Origin: Myxococcota bacterium
GTDB lineage: Bacteria; Myxococcota; SpSt-1050
Reading direction: 5' to 3'
Assembly: GCA_049969675.1 (NCBI GenBank)
Contig: JBMFOP010000036.1
Coordinates: 1-28,230, forward strand
DNA length: 28,230 nt
This document shows, one piece after another, positions 20,317-28,230 of this stretch (its first letter is position 1; each line of letters opens with the position of its first letter). A program made the position numbers and the translations under genes. The notes under the pieces are model-generated. The model made no database searches. It saw only the letters and a list, made by a program, of their open reading frames with translations, and was not told the DNA's origin.

Positions 20317-21218
20317 ATAAGTCTTCTCTTTATAATATCAGGGATCCTATCTTCATTCAACCCTGCAAAAAACGACACAAGCTGCAGCATTCTCAAAAAT
20401 GGCTCTCTTAACAACCAGTTTACCTTCTCTCTTGAAGATATATTCACTCCACTGATGGTAATCAAATCAAGTAAAAATGCTGAAGGGAGAAATTTAATAA
20501 AGTATTCAACTCCAAACTTCTCTCTCTGAAAAGATCTGAGCCTCCCCTCCTCAAAGTGCCGTCTTATGAGATTATATGGTTCTCTATAGATAGGGTGTGA
20601 GTGAATTACAATAGAATTTGCAGAATATACTATGCCTCCGCCCTCCTTTATGACGGAGTGTGCCCAGAGATAGTCCTCTCCAAAAGAGACATCCGGGAAG
20701 TTTATTCTCATAAGCGACTCTCTCTTAATTGCACAGGAGACTGTATCAAAGAGAATTGGGAGATTACTACCCTTACATATCAATTCATCCTCATTCCTGC
20801 CAAAATATGGATGATTAATAAGGTCTGTAATTCTGAGCGGGTCACAGCCTTTATCCGGGATCTGTCTTGAGAATGCGGCATCATATCCATCAATGCTCTT
20901 CAGGAGCTCCCCTATCCACCCCCTGACTGGCAGGGCATCTCCATTCAAAAATATCAGGATTTCAGAATCCGAATATTTGAGAGCGAGGTTGCGGGTCCGA
21001 CCGTGGCCAAACTCATCTAATTTAATATCAATTACCTTAATACCATTCTTTTTAAGTAATGCCCCGGTATTATCCTCTGATTCCGTATCAAACGCAATGA
21101 TATCTCTGCCATTACATTCATTCAGGATGATTCTAATTGACTCTTTCAGCCTCTCCTCATTATTTCTACAGATTAAGAAGAGCGTAAAATCCTTATGTCT
21201 ACTCTCTTTTCTTTTCAC
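20304..21218 (-). CDS. Glycosyltransferase family 2 (RgpB-like)
   Basis: DTESED.T, FGHGRTRN, FLNGDALP, SRQIP, GEDYLWA, VIHSH; start moved to GTG 21218 (GGAG 8 nt upstream) from the track's 21242. Confidence 0.85.
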   Translation of the reverse strand: MKRKESRHKDFTLFLICRNNEERLKESIRIILNECNGRDIIAFDTESEDNTGALLKKNGIKVIDIKLDEFGHGRTRNLALKYSDSEILIFLNGDALPVRGWIGELLKSIDGYDAAFSRQIPDKGCDPLRITDLINHPYFGRNEDELICKGSNLPILFDTVSCAIKRESLMRINFPDVSFGEDYLWAHSVIKEGGGIVYSANSIVIHSHPIYREPYNLIRRHFEEGRLRSFQREKFGVEYFIKFLPSAFLLDLITISGVNISSREKVNWLLREPFLRMLQLVSFFAGLNEDRIPDIIKRRLIWSR

Positions 21219-22503
21219 CTTCAAACTCCACAAGTGTACCATTCTCTACCACCATAGGTACATTCGGCTTGATATTCTCCGGTATTTTATAGAGCACATC
21301 TGAGATATGCGGGACAATAACCGCATCATTTGGAATCTCCCTCCCCGGCGCAATAAATATATCAGGCCCAATAAAGCATCTATGACCGAAGCAGGAACCC
21401 AATATCTCCAGATTTACCGGATGCGGTTTCTTATTATAAACCACAGATATCTTCCCTCCGTACTTTAAGTCCATAGGTCTTGCAAGTCCGGTAAGTTTTA
21501 CATTTCTTCCAGACATACAGAATTGCATCCCATCTATACAGACATCTCCATCTGGATAAGCCACAACCCCATTCAGAATAGTAATCTGACTGATATAGCA
21601 GCCTCTATCTATAATTGAGAAGGTTATCTTGGTCTTCTCCTCAATTATTACATCACGATTTATTACAGATGCCTTTATATATGACTGTGGTCCTATCTTT
21701 ACATTATCTCCAATCATAGAAAATTCAAGTATCGCAGATGGATGAATCTCACAATTTCTCCCCACAACATTGAACCATCTCATCATAGCAGAGAGGAGAT
21801 TTCTCTTTGAGAAAGAGGTGCTTATACTCTGATATTTGATGAACTCAACCATACCTCTAAGTATAAATGATATAAAGGCTATTATAAGTCTTGTAATTAC
21901 CCAGAATGGATGAGAAGTTATATACTCCACCCATTTTACAATTATCTCCATCTGATTTGCATTGAGTAGATTTACCCAGTGATTTATATGAAATGCGATA
22001 GAGGTGGTGACAGGTTGTTCAAAATGAGATTTACCGAACATATTTGGAGGGATAGGCTGTCTTATTACCACCTCCTTGAATTTAATAAATGCCGGCCTGA
22101 TATTCTCTAAATTGCTCAAATCAGAGATGTTTTTTATATAAAAGAGATTATATGCCCTTCCAGACATTCCATTCTCTCTTACCTCTCTGAGCCCCTGCAA
22201 AGGCTCATACTTTTTTACGAATAGCGAATCTGGAATAGCAAGGCGTGCAGAGCCTTCTACCTTTTTGATTGCATTCATAAAATATCTTATACAACGTCTC
22301 GTAAAATACACATTGTCAAAAAAAAGGAGAAAATCCGAATCATTGATCTGCGATACATCGGATATATCCATAGTCTCTATCCCAAACTCCTTAAGAACCA
22401 GGTCCTGATACTCCTTAAGAGTCATAAACCCAACCATTGATTCCGATACATCTTCCATAAATGGAGTAATGACTGTATTTGTCTTTAATCTGTATGCCTT
22501 CAT
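21199..22503 (-). CDS. Protein with degenerate nucleotidyltransferase-like N-terminus and left-handed beta-helix repeats
   Basis: Hexapeptide repeats VVGRNCEIHPSAILEFSMIGDNVKIGPQSYIKASVI, FGHRCFIGPDIFIAPGREIP; start moved to ATG 22503 (GGTGG upstream); N-terminal fold call tentative. Confidence 0.7.
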   Translation of the reverse strand: MKAYRLKTNTVITPFMEDVSESMVGFMTLKEYQDLVLKEFGIETMDISDVSQINDSDFLLFFDNVYFTRRCIRYFMNAIKKVEGSARLAIPDSLFVKKYEPLQGLREVRENGMSGRAYNLFYIKNISDLSNLENIRPAFIKFKEVVIRQPIPPNMFGKSHFEQPVTTSIAFHINHWVNLLNANQMEIIVKWVEYITSHPFWVITRLIIAFISFILRGMVEFIKYQSISTSFSKRNLLSAMMRWFNVVGRNCEIHPSAILEFSMIGDNVKIGPQSYIKASVINRDVIIEEKTKITFSIIDRGCYISQITILNGVVAYPDGDVCIDGMQFCMSGRNVKLTGLARPMDLKYGGKISVVYNKKPHPVNLEILGSCFGHRCFIGPDIFIAPGREIPNDAVIVPHISDVLYKIPENIKPNVPMVVENGTLVEFEGEKKRE

Positions 22504-22590
22504 AAAGCCACCATAATTATTGCTTTGCAATATATCATAAAAAGCTGGAATTTGCCCAAATTTTTTGAATTTGTGTTTTTTAAAAACTTC

Positions 22591-22619
22591 TTTACTTTAA
22601 CACTTTATCATTATAATAT
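22591..22619 (+). promoter_or_regulatory. Possible sigma70 promoter for the TPR-tatA cluster
   Basis: TTTACT-17 nt-TAATAT with overlapping TATAAT at 22612-22617; RBS AGGAGGAG before ATG 22652. Confidence 0.45.
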
Positions 22620-22651
22620 AACCCCTCATAAATCCCTTATCAGGAGGAGAG

Positions 22652-23404
22652 ATGAAGAGAGTATTTATTTTTATATCTGTATTCCTTCTGGCTGTCTCCA
22701 TTCTTGCCGAGACAAATACAGAAGAGGTCATTAAGAAGGCTGATGAACTATGGACTTTGAGAGATAATCCGTCTAAAGCACAGGAGTCACTAAATCTTTT
22801 AAAGAATGCCCTTAAATCCTCGCCAGAAGATTATGAACTCCTATGGAGATATGCCCGAATCAATTTCTGGCTTGCGGATTCTTCTGACAATAAGGAGATA
22901 AAGGCAAAGCATGGTAAAGAGGGTTATCTGGCTGGACAGAAGGCAACTACAATTAAACCCGATAGAGTGGAGGGTTATTTCTGGGGAGTTGCCGCACTCG
23001 GGATGTATTCAGAGGGGATCGGAATCCTTAAATCCATTAAAGAGGGAAATAAGGGGAAGTTTGAGAGTATGCTCAACTCTGCATTAAAGATTGATAAGAC
23101 TTATGAAGGTGGTGGTCCAATCAGGACTCAGGGTAGATTCTTTGCCAGACTTCCCTGGCCAATGAAGGATATAAAGAAAGGTTTGAAACTACTGGATGAA
23201 TGTATTGCCCTCAACAAGAAAGTCATCAGAGCAATGTATTATAAGGCAGAGATACTCTTTGATGAGGGGGAGTATAAAGAGTCAAAGGGGCTTCTTTTGA
23301 AGATACTCAATGATGAATTTCCAAATGATGATGAACCAGAAAAGAGACTGATCAGGAGCTGGGCAGAGAGATTGATGAAGAAGGTAGAAGAGAAACTCAA
23401 ATAA
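22652..23404 (+). CDS. Secreted TPR-like protein (TRAP T-component TatT / RMDN-like)
   Basis: Signal peptide; PEDYELLWRYAR, VEGYFW, YEGGGPIRTQGRFFARLPWP helical-repeat pattern. Confidence 0.7.
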   Translation: MKRVFIFISVFLLAVSILAETNTEEVIKKADELWTLRDNPSKAQESLNLLKNALKSSPEDYELLWRYARINFWLADSSDNKEIKAKHGKEGYLAGQKATTIKPDRVEGYFWGVAALGMYSEGIGILKSIKEGNKGKFESMLNSALKIDKTYEGGGPIRTQGRFFARLPWPMKDIKKGLKLLDECIALNKKVIRAMYYKAEILFDEGEYKESKGLLLKILNDEFPNDDEPEKRLIRSWAERLMKKVEEKLK

Positions 23405-23426
23405 TTTCTGTCCGAGGAGGTAATAT

Positions 23427-23627
23427 ATGGGAAATATTGGACTACCTGAATTGATCGTCATTCTGGTTATAATACTGGTTATCTTTGGAGCCGGTAAACT
23501 CCCTCAGATTGGAGAGGCTCTCGGTAAGAGCATCAGGAGTTTCAAAAAGGCGGCCTCCGGAGAGGATGAGCAAAAAGCAGAGACACCAAAACAGGATAGC
23601 GATGAAATAAAGAAGGAACCAAAATAA
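23427..23627 (+). CDS. tatA: Twin-arginine translocase TatA/TatE
   Basis: [49 protein letters not shown]. Confidence 0.97.
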   Translation: MGNIGLPELIVILVIILVIFGAGKLPQIGEALGKSIRSFKKAASGEDEQKAETPKQDSDEIKKEPK

Positions 23628-23630
23628 GAT

Positions 23631-24071
23631 ATGTTCTGTCCATATTGTGGTGCAAATATACAGATAGATGCCCTCTACTGTAAAAATTGTGGCAGACAGA
23701 TTGGGTATCAACCTCCAGTCTCGCAACCACCACCACAACAGACAAATTTTCAAAATAATAATACAGCCTCAGGAATGAGGGACTGGACAATTGCAACCCT
23801 GCTCTCATACTTTCTTGGTGCACTCGGCGTAGATAGATTCTATCTTGGATATAGCGGACTTGGTATATTGAAGCTTCTGACCTGTGGTGGATGCGGTATC
23901 TGGGCGATAATAGATTTTATCCTGATAGGTATAAATAGTTTGAGAGATGTAAATGGTCTTCCTTTATATGGGAGAGAGGGGAAAGAATGGGTATTTTATC
24001 TTTTAATAGCGCTATGGATTTTAAGTTTTATTGCAGGATTTCTTCTCAGTCTATTGGGGAGTCTTCTTTGA
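23631..24071 (+). CDS. Zinc-ribbon + TM2 domain protein
   Basis: MFCPYCG...YCKNCG; P/Q-rich linker; TM2 motif LGALGVDRFYLGY..LGILKLLTCGGCGIWAIID. Confidence 0.92.
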   Translation: MFCPYCGANIQIDALYCKNCGRQIGYQPPVSQPPPQQTNFQNNNTASGMRDWTIATLLSYFLGALGVDRFYLGYSGLGILKLLTCGGCGIWAIIDFILIGINSLRDVNGLPLYGREGKEWVFYLLIALWILSFIAGFLLSLLGSLL

Positions 24072-24137
24072 AATATCCTGCGGGACTTTCTTTTATAAAA
24101 GGGCATCTGATATGTTAATCCTGGAAAGGAGAAGAGT

Positions 24138-24620
24138 ATGAAGCAGCTTTTATTTGTGGTCTTTATAATTGGCTTTGGGTTTATCTTATCTGCCTGTCCA
24201 CCAAAATATATCCCGGGAACCACTATTATTGATAACGACGAGAACAGGGCGATTGTTACCCTGATTGAGAAATATAGAAGGGCTTATGAGGAGAAGGATA
24301 TAGATACAATAATGTCACTGGTCTCAAAGAATTTTTACGATACTGGAGGGAATGCGGATCCAGCAGATGACTATAATTACGAAGGGCTACAGAAGAACTT
24401 GAAAGAGAAATTTGCCAGGACAAAGGCTCAGGGGCTTGAGATAAGAATTAAATCCATTGATTTTGATAAAGCAAATAATAAAGTCTCTGTAAAGTATAAC
24501 TATTTCGTGAAATTTCAGATGGCTCTCTCTTCGGGAGACAGGTGGGAGACCGCCTCTGATTCAGCCGAGATTACATTCGTAAAAGAGAATGGCGAATGGA
24601 AGATTATAAAAGGACTATGA
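24138..24620 (+). CDS. NTF2-like (DUF4440/SnoaL-type) lipoprotein
   Basis: Lipobox LSAC; YRRAYEEKDIDTIMSLVS and C-terminal FVKENGEWKI. Confidence 0.8.
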   Translation: MKQLLFVVFIIGFGFILSACPPKYIPGTTIIDNDENRAIVTLIEKYRRAYEEKDIDTIMSLVSKNFYDTGGNADPADDYNYEGLQKNLKEKFARTKAQGLEIRIKSIDFDKANNKVSVKYNYFVKFQMALSSGDRWETASDSAEITFVKENGEWKIIKGL

Positions 24621-24622
24621 CC

Positions 24623-25519
24623 TTATCTTATAGAATTCCTGAGCATAAATAGTAAATAATCAGTAAATATAGGTGCATATTTCTCAGAGATCGCCTGCGC
24701 CGCTGCATCACCGGACCCTTCAAGGGTCTTACTTACATTCCTATCAATCCTTTCAATCGCCATCTGATAAGACCTCTTCGCCTCTTCCCTCTTCCCAAGA
24801 CCTTCATTTGCAAGGGCTATACAATAATATTTTAGTGAGAATGAGAGAATGTTATTTTCACAGAGGAAAAGTGCCTCCTTATATTCTTGAGACTTTGCCT
24901 TCACTATCCCTTTCAGCACCTGTGTTAAGAGGTACCTAATCTTAAGATTCTCTTTGAGATATAACTTCTCAGCCTCAGAAAATGCAACATACCCTCTGTC
25001 ATAATCATTCTGGAAGAAGTAGATTATCCCTTTATTATATAGCAGGTCTGCAAGGTCAATATTGTATTTCCCATTCCTATAAAAGCCCTCTGCCTCTCCA
25101 ATCACCTTTAATGCCTCACTGTAATTATTCATAGAGGCGAGCACTACGGCGATATTACTCTTCATCTCTGAGGACATTACTTTATCTGAAATGGAATTAT
25201 AGATATGCTCAGCCGCCTTATATAATTTGAGCGACTCCTCATATTCGCCCTTCAAATAATATATAGCCGCCTTTGAAGAAAATATCTTTGCCATACTTTT
25301 ACTATCATTCTTATTCTGTGACCTGAACCACTCCTCATAAGTGCTTAAAAGCTCAATTGCATAATTATATTTCTTCTCGGAGACCATACCTGCAATGCTG
25401 TCAATCATACAACTCTCATAATAATTTGAATCAGAGGGGATACACCTATTCTCTGCGATTAAAAAGGTCGGGACAAGAAGAATTCCAATTACAATCAGCA
25501 TTTTACTTATTCTATTCAT
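24623..25519 (-). CDS. Secreted TPR protein
   Basis: Signal peptide; tandem TPRs (AAIYYLKGEYEESLKLYKAA, NKGIIYFFQNDYDRG); RBS AAGGAGG. Confidence 0.85.
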   Translation of the reverse strand: MNRISKMLIVIGILLVPTFLIAENRCIPSDSNYYESCMIDSIAGMVSEKKYNYAIELLSTYEEWFRSQNKNDSKSMAKIFSSKAAIYYLKGEYEESLKLYKAAEHIYNSISDKVMSSEMKSNIAVVLASMNNYSEALKVIGEAEGFYRNGKYNIDLADLLYNKGIIYFFQNDYDRGYVAFSEAEKLYLKENLKIRYLLTQVLKGIVKAKSQEYKEALFLCENNILSFSLKYYCIALANEGLGKREEAKRSYQMAIERIDRNVSKTLEGSGDAAAQAISEKYAPIFTDYLLFMLRNSIR

Positions 25520-25537
25520 ATTTTACCTCCTTAAAGA

Positions 25538-26395
25538 TTACTCATAAAATATCAATTCTATATTAACTGGCTTCGGGACATAGACATAGGGCTCTGCTAA
25601 GTGAAGGATTGCCCTGATACTTCTGTCCATCTCACCAATGCCAGTGGACTTTCTTATAATATGTGAATTTACATAACCATTTTCGCTTAGTGTCATCTCA
25701 ACAATCGCCGTTCTCTTCTTCTTTTCAAGGAGCTTCTTCTGATAGATAACTGGAACAAATTTATTAGCCTTCTCCTCAATCATCCTTCTTACAAGTTCAT
25801 AATCCTGTGAAAGCAACTGTTCAGAAAAATCTTTAGAAGGTGCCCGCTGCTCATTGATTTTGGATGTGACTACCCTGAGAGATGATTCCTGCTCAGACAT
25901 ATGGCTTTTCTCTGCCACCTTTATTGAATTTTTCAACATCTCTGACCCTTTAATCTTGATATCGGGATTTGATTTTAGTCTATATAATATCCTTGAAGTA
26001 ATAGTTGCCTCCCTGTTATCACTTTCTGGATTTGCCTTTTTATTATTCTCTGCTTTGATAATCTTTCTTTCGGGGATTGTTGGTTTAAGATTTAAATAGT
26101 TTGTACTCTTTGTCTCAGATATCTGAGATTTGAGTCTATCTTCTCTTTTAACCTCTATATCTTTTGAAATACTTAATTTTGAATCCTCTCTTATGGTATC
26201 TCTGTAATCTATTACTGATTTTAGGGGGTTGCTCTCATTGATGGACTTTATAACCTCAACCTCAATAATTGTATTCTGCCTGAAAAACTCTTTTATAATT
26301 TCAGCATTCAATCTTAAAGTAATCAGGGCAAATATGATTAGATGCACCACAATAGAAGCAATAAAGAACGGTGATTTTCTAAAAAAAGTGCTCAT
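25538..26395 (-). CDS. TonB/TolA-like protein (TM anchor, linker, TonB C-terminal-like domain)
   Basis: TM motif SIVVH (SxxxH); C-terminal VEMTLSENGYV...KSTG..EMDRSI..ILHLAEPY; likely start ATG 26395 (track 26446). Confidence 0.72.
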   Translation of the reverse strand: MSTFFRKSPFFIASIVVHLIIFALITLRLNAEIIKEFFRQNTIIEVEVIKSINESNPLKSVIDYRDTIREDSKLSISKDIEVKREDRLKSQISETKSTNYLNLKPTIPERKIIKAENNKKANPESDNREATITSRILYRLKSNPDIKIKGSEMLKNSIKVAEKSHMSEQESSLRVVTSKINEQRAPSKDFSEQLLSQDYELVRRMIEEKANKFVPVIYQKKLLEKKKRTAIVEMTLSENGYVNSHIIRKSTGIGEMDRSIRAILHLAEPYVYVPKPVNIELIFYE

Positions 26396-26862
26396 ATTAT
26401 TAAGATACCTATAATAGTATTTAGATTCTTTAATTGTAGCAGACAAGATTCCATTACAATCTCAATTTTATACCCGTTAATTACTAAATTCAACAAGAAT
26501 TTATATCAAAAACTACATACCATACATATATGGCGAGCTTACTGCTGTCCAAAACAATCTGTTTTTAGAAATTAAATATTAGCAAAATAAGGATTCTGGA
26601 CGGGTAAAGCCATATTTTCAAAATCAGAATACCTCAAAAACAGAAAGACGAGATTATTAAATTGGTTTCTATAATAGATACAACAAGTTATTACCTCCAA
26701 TCCATTCGTTTTATAAGCGAGCATCTATTTTAATGTGTTTCATATTTACGACTGGAGAATCATCGCAGGTAGAAGGTGGAGTTGTTGTGCAATGCTCTAA
26801 AAGAGTCGTAAAGATGATAATTGGAATATGAAGATAATATCTCACAATTGTATATATTTACT

Positions 26863-27522
26863 TTAATAATTTACCAGACTATACATTTTGATAGCGTCAT
26901 ATACACCATTTATTATAAACTGAATGGCTATCGCTGCGAGAATCATTCCCATTATTCTTATGATGATTTTAAGTCCGGTCTGTTTCAGATATCTGAGTAG
27001 ATACTGAGCCCCTTTGAGCATAAAATAGGTAATAAGACAGGTCAAAAATATAGAAATAAAGACTGGGATAACATATAGCCAATTCTTTGCCTGACCCATA
27101 AGGACCATAACAGTTGAGATTGAACCGGGCCCCGAGAGCATTGGCAGGGCAAGTGGAATTAAGGCAACATCCTCTTTTTCAACTCCCTCCCTCTCCTCCT
27201 CTGGCGTAGTCTTGACCCTCGTCGTACGGGCTCTAACCATATCCATAGCAATATACCAGAGCAGTACCCCTCCAGCTATCCTGAATGCAGCGAGGGTTAT
27301 TCCAAAGGCAGAGAATATTAGTTTACCAAATACTGCAAAGACGAGCAAAATAAGACCGGCGGCTATAGTTGCCCTCTTTGCAATACTTATCCTCTTCTGC
27401 TCCGAATCCGATTGAGTCATTGAGATAAATATAGGGATTAAGCCTATGGGGTCCACAACAAAAAATATCGTAGAGAAAGCCATAGAGGAAAATACAATAA
27501 AATCTTTCAGGTCAAATCCCAT
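26863..27522 (-). CDS. MarC family integral membrane protein
   Basis: VVDPIG.IP.F, FGITLAAFRIAGG, IPLALPMLSGPGSI, RIMGMILAAIAIQF. Confidence 0.95.
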   Translation of the reverse strand: MGFDLKDFIVFSSMAFSTIFFVVDPIGLIPIFISMTQSDSEQKRISIAKRATIAAGLILLVFAVFGKLIFSAFGITLAAFRIAGGVLLWYIAMDMVRARTTRVKTTPEEEREGVEKEDVALIPLALPMLSGPGSISTVMVLMGQAKNWLYVIPVFISIFLTCLITYFMLKGAQYLLRYLKQTGLKIIIRIMGMILAAIAIQFIINGVYDAIKMYSLVNY

Positions 27523-27788
27523 ACAAATCTATCCAATACCATATAATTATCTAAATTCAATTCAAAATTAAATATATCATTTGAAAAGAGTAACCTGATG
27601 AAAATATTTGACAGAAAATACAGTCTGTGCTTTAACACAATATCACCCAACAGGTGTGAGATTATTGTGAAGCCCTTTAACACATCCAGAGAGATTTCAA
27701 GCAAAAACTTGATTCTGTAGAAGTTACCAATCCTCAACAATACAAAAAATCGCCCAATTTAGGTACAATTTAATAAGGAGGGGTTGTG

Positions 27789-28230
27789 ATGGAAATAAAA
27801 AATTGTAAACCAGAATCTAACGCCGAGAATAAGGTTTCTGAATATTTTAAAGCAAATCTACCGGCTGATTGGACTGGAATTGCCAACCTGAAATTGATTG
27901 GAGTTTCAGAAATAGACCTTTTATTAATTATTCCAGAAAAAGGAAAAAATAATTAAAGTCTTTGAACATTATGGCTTAAATAAAGGTCATTTAATCATCT
28001 TTAATAATGATATGGTAAAAGCTATCTTAAGCATCTTATATAACAATGAAAGAGCAAAGAATGAAATTCCTAAAAGACTTATAGACATACAAAAGGGAAT
28101 ATATCAAAAGGTTGTTGAACAAATTGACAAAACATCAAGTGAACTCTTTGAAGGAATCATGGAAAATGAGGAATTTAAGTCAACAAGCAGTAATCGTATC
28201 CTGATAGAAGGGCTTGCGGGTTCCGGGAAG
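27789..28230 (+). pseudogene. Disrupted NERD-nuclease / SF1 helicase-like gene, runs off the window
   Basis: RBS TAAGGAGG, ATG 27789; MEIKNCKPESNAENKV..LPADW..EIDLLLIIPEKGKNN stops at 27956; the +1 frame from ~27946 is open to the edge and ends ILIEGLAGSGK (Walker A). Confidence 0.65.

Noticed and set aside
24090..24101. Palindrome CTTTTATAAAAG as a terminator
   Set aside because: AT-rich stem, no loop or U-tract; likely by chance in this composition
26447..26862. AT-rich gap with a minus-strand GGAGGT near 26695
   Set aside because: Followed only by a 5-codon ORF; no recognisable RNA or gene
27507..27740. 77-aa ORF overlapping the marC start
   Set aside because: TTG start, no motifs, lies in a divergent promoter region

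Overview
AT-rich bacterial chromosomal window. The gene set (DUF4175-like protein, TatT-like TPR protein, NTF2-like lipoprotein, multi-TM GAF NtrB-type kinase, B12 radical SAM) resembles Myxococcota/former Deltaproteobacteria; this taxonomy is inference only. Left to right: a + strand run (proline dehydrogenase, M20 hydrolase, orphan sensor kinase, truncated CorC/HlyC, small membrane protein, queF, tRNA-Met CAT) converges on a 1379-aa CoA-substrate-specific activase. Next come an AT-rich gap with possible gene relics, a DUF4175-like/peptidase-MA-TPR pair, and tRNA-Thr(CGT), which is overlapped antisense by the 3' end of a radical SAM gene coupled to recO. Then follow an LbH + three GT2 + DUF2304 + YkgJ envelope cluster, a TPR/tatA/TM2/lipoprotein cluster, a TonB-like + TPR pair and marC. 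At the right edge lies a disrupted NERD-nuclease/helicase-like gene that the ORF track missed. No CRISPR array, rRNA, transposase or integrase was seen. No complete novel system is demonstrable from sequence alone; the best leads are listed under findings.
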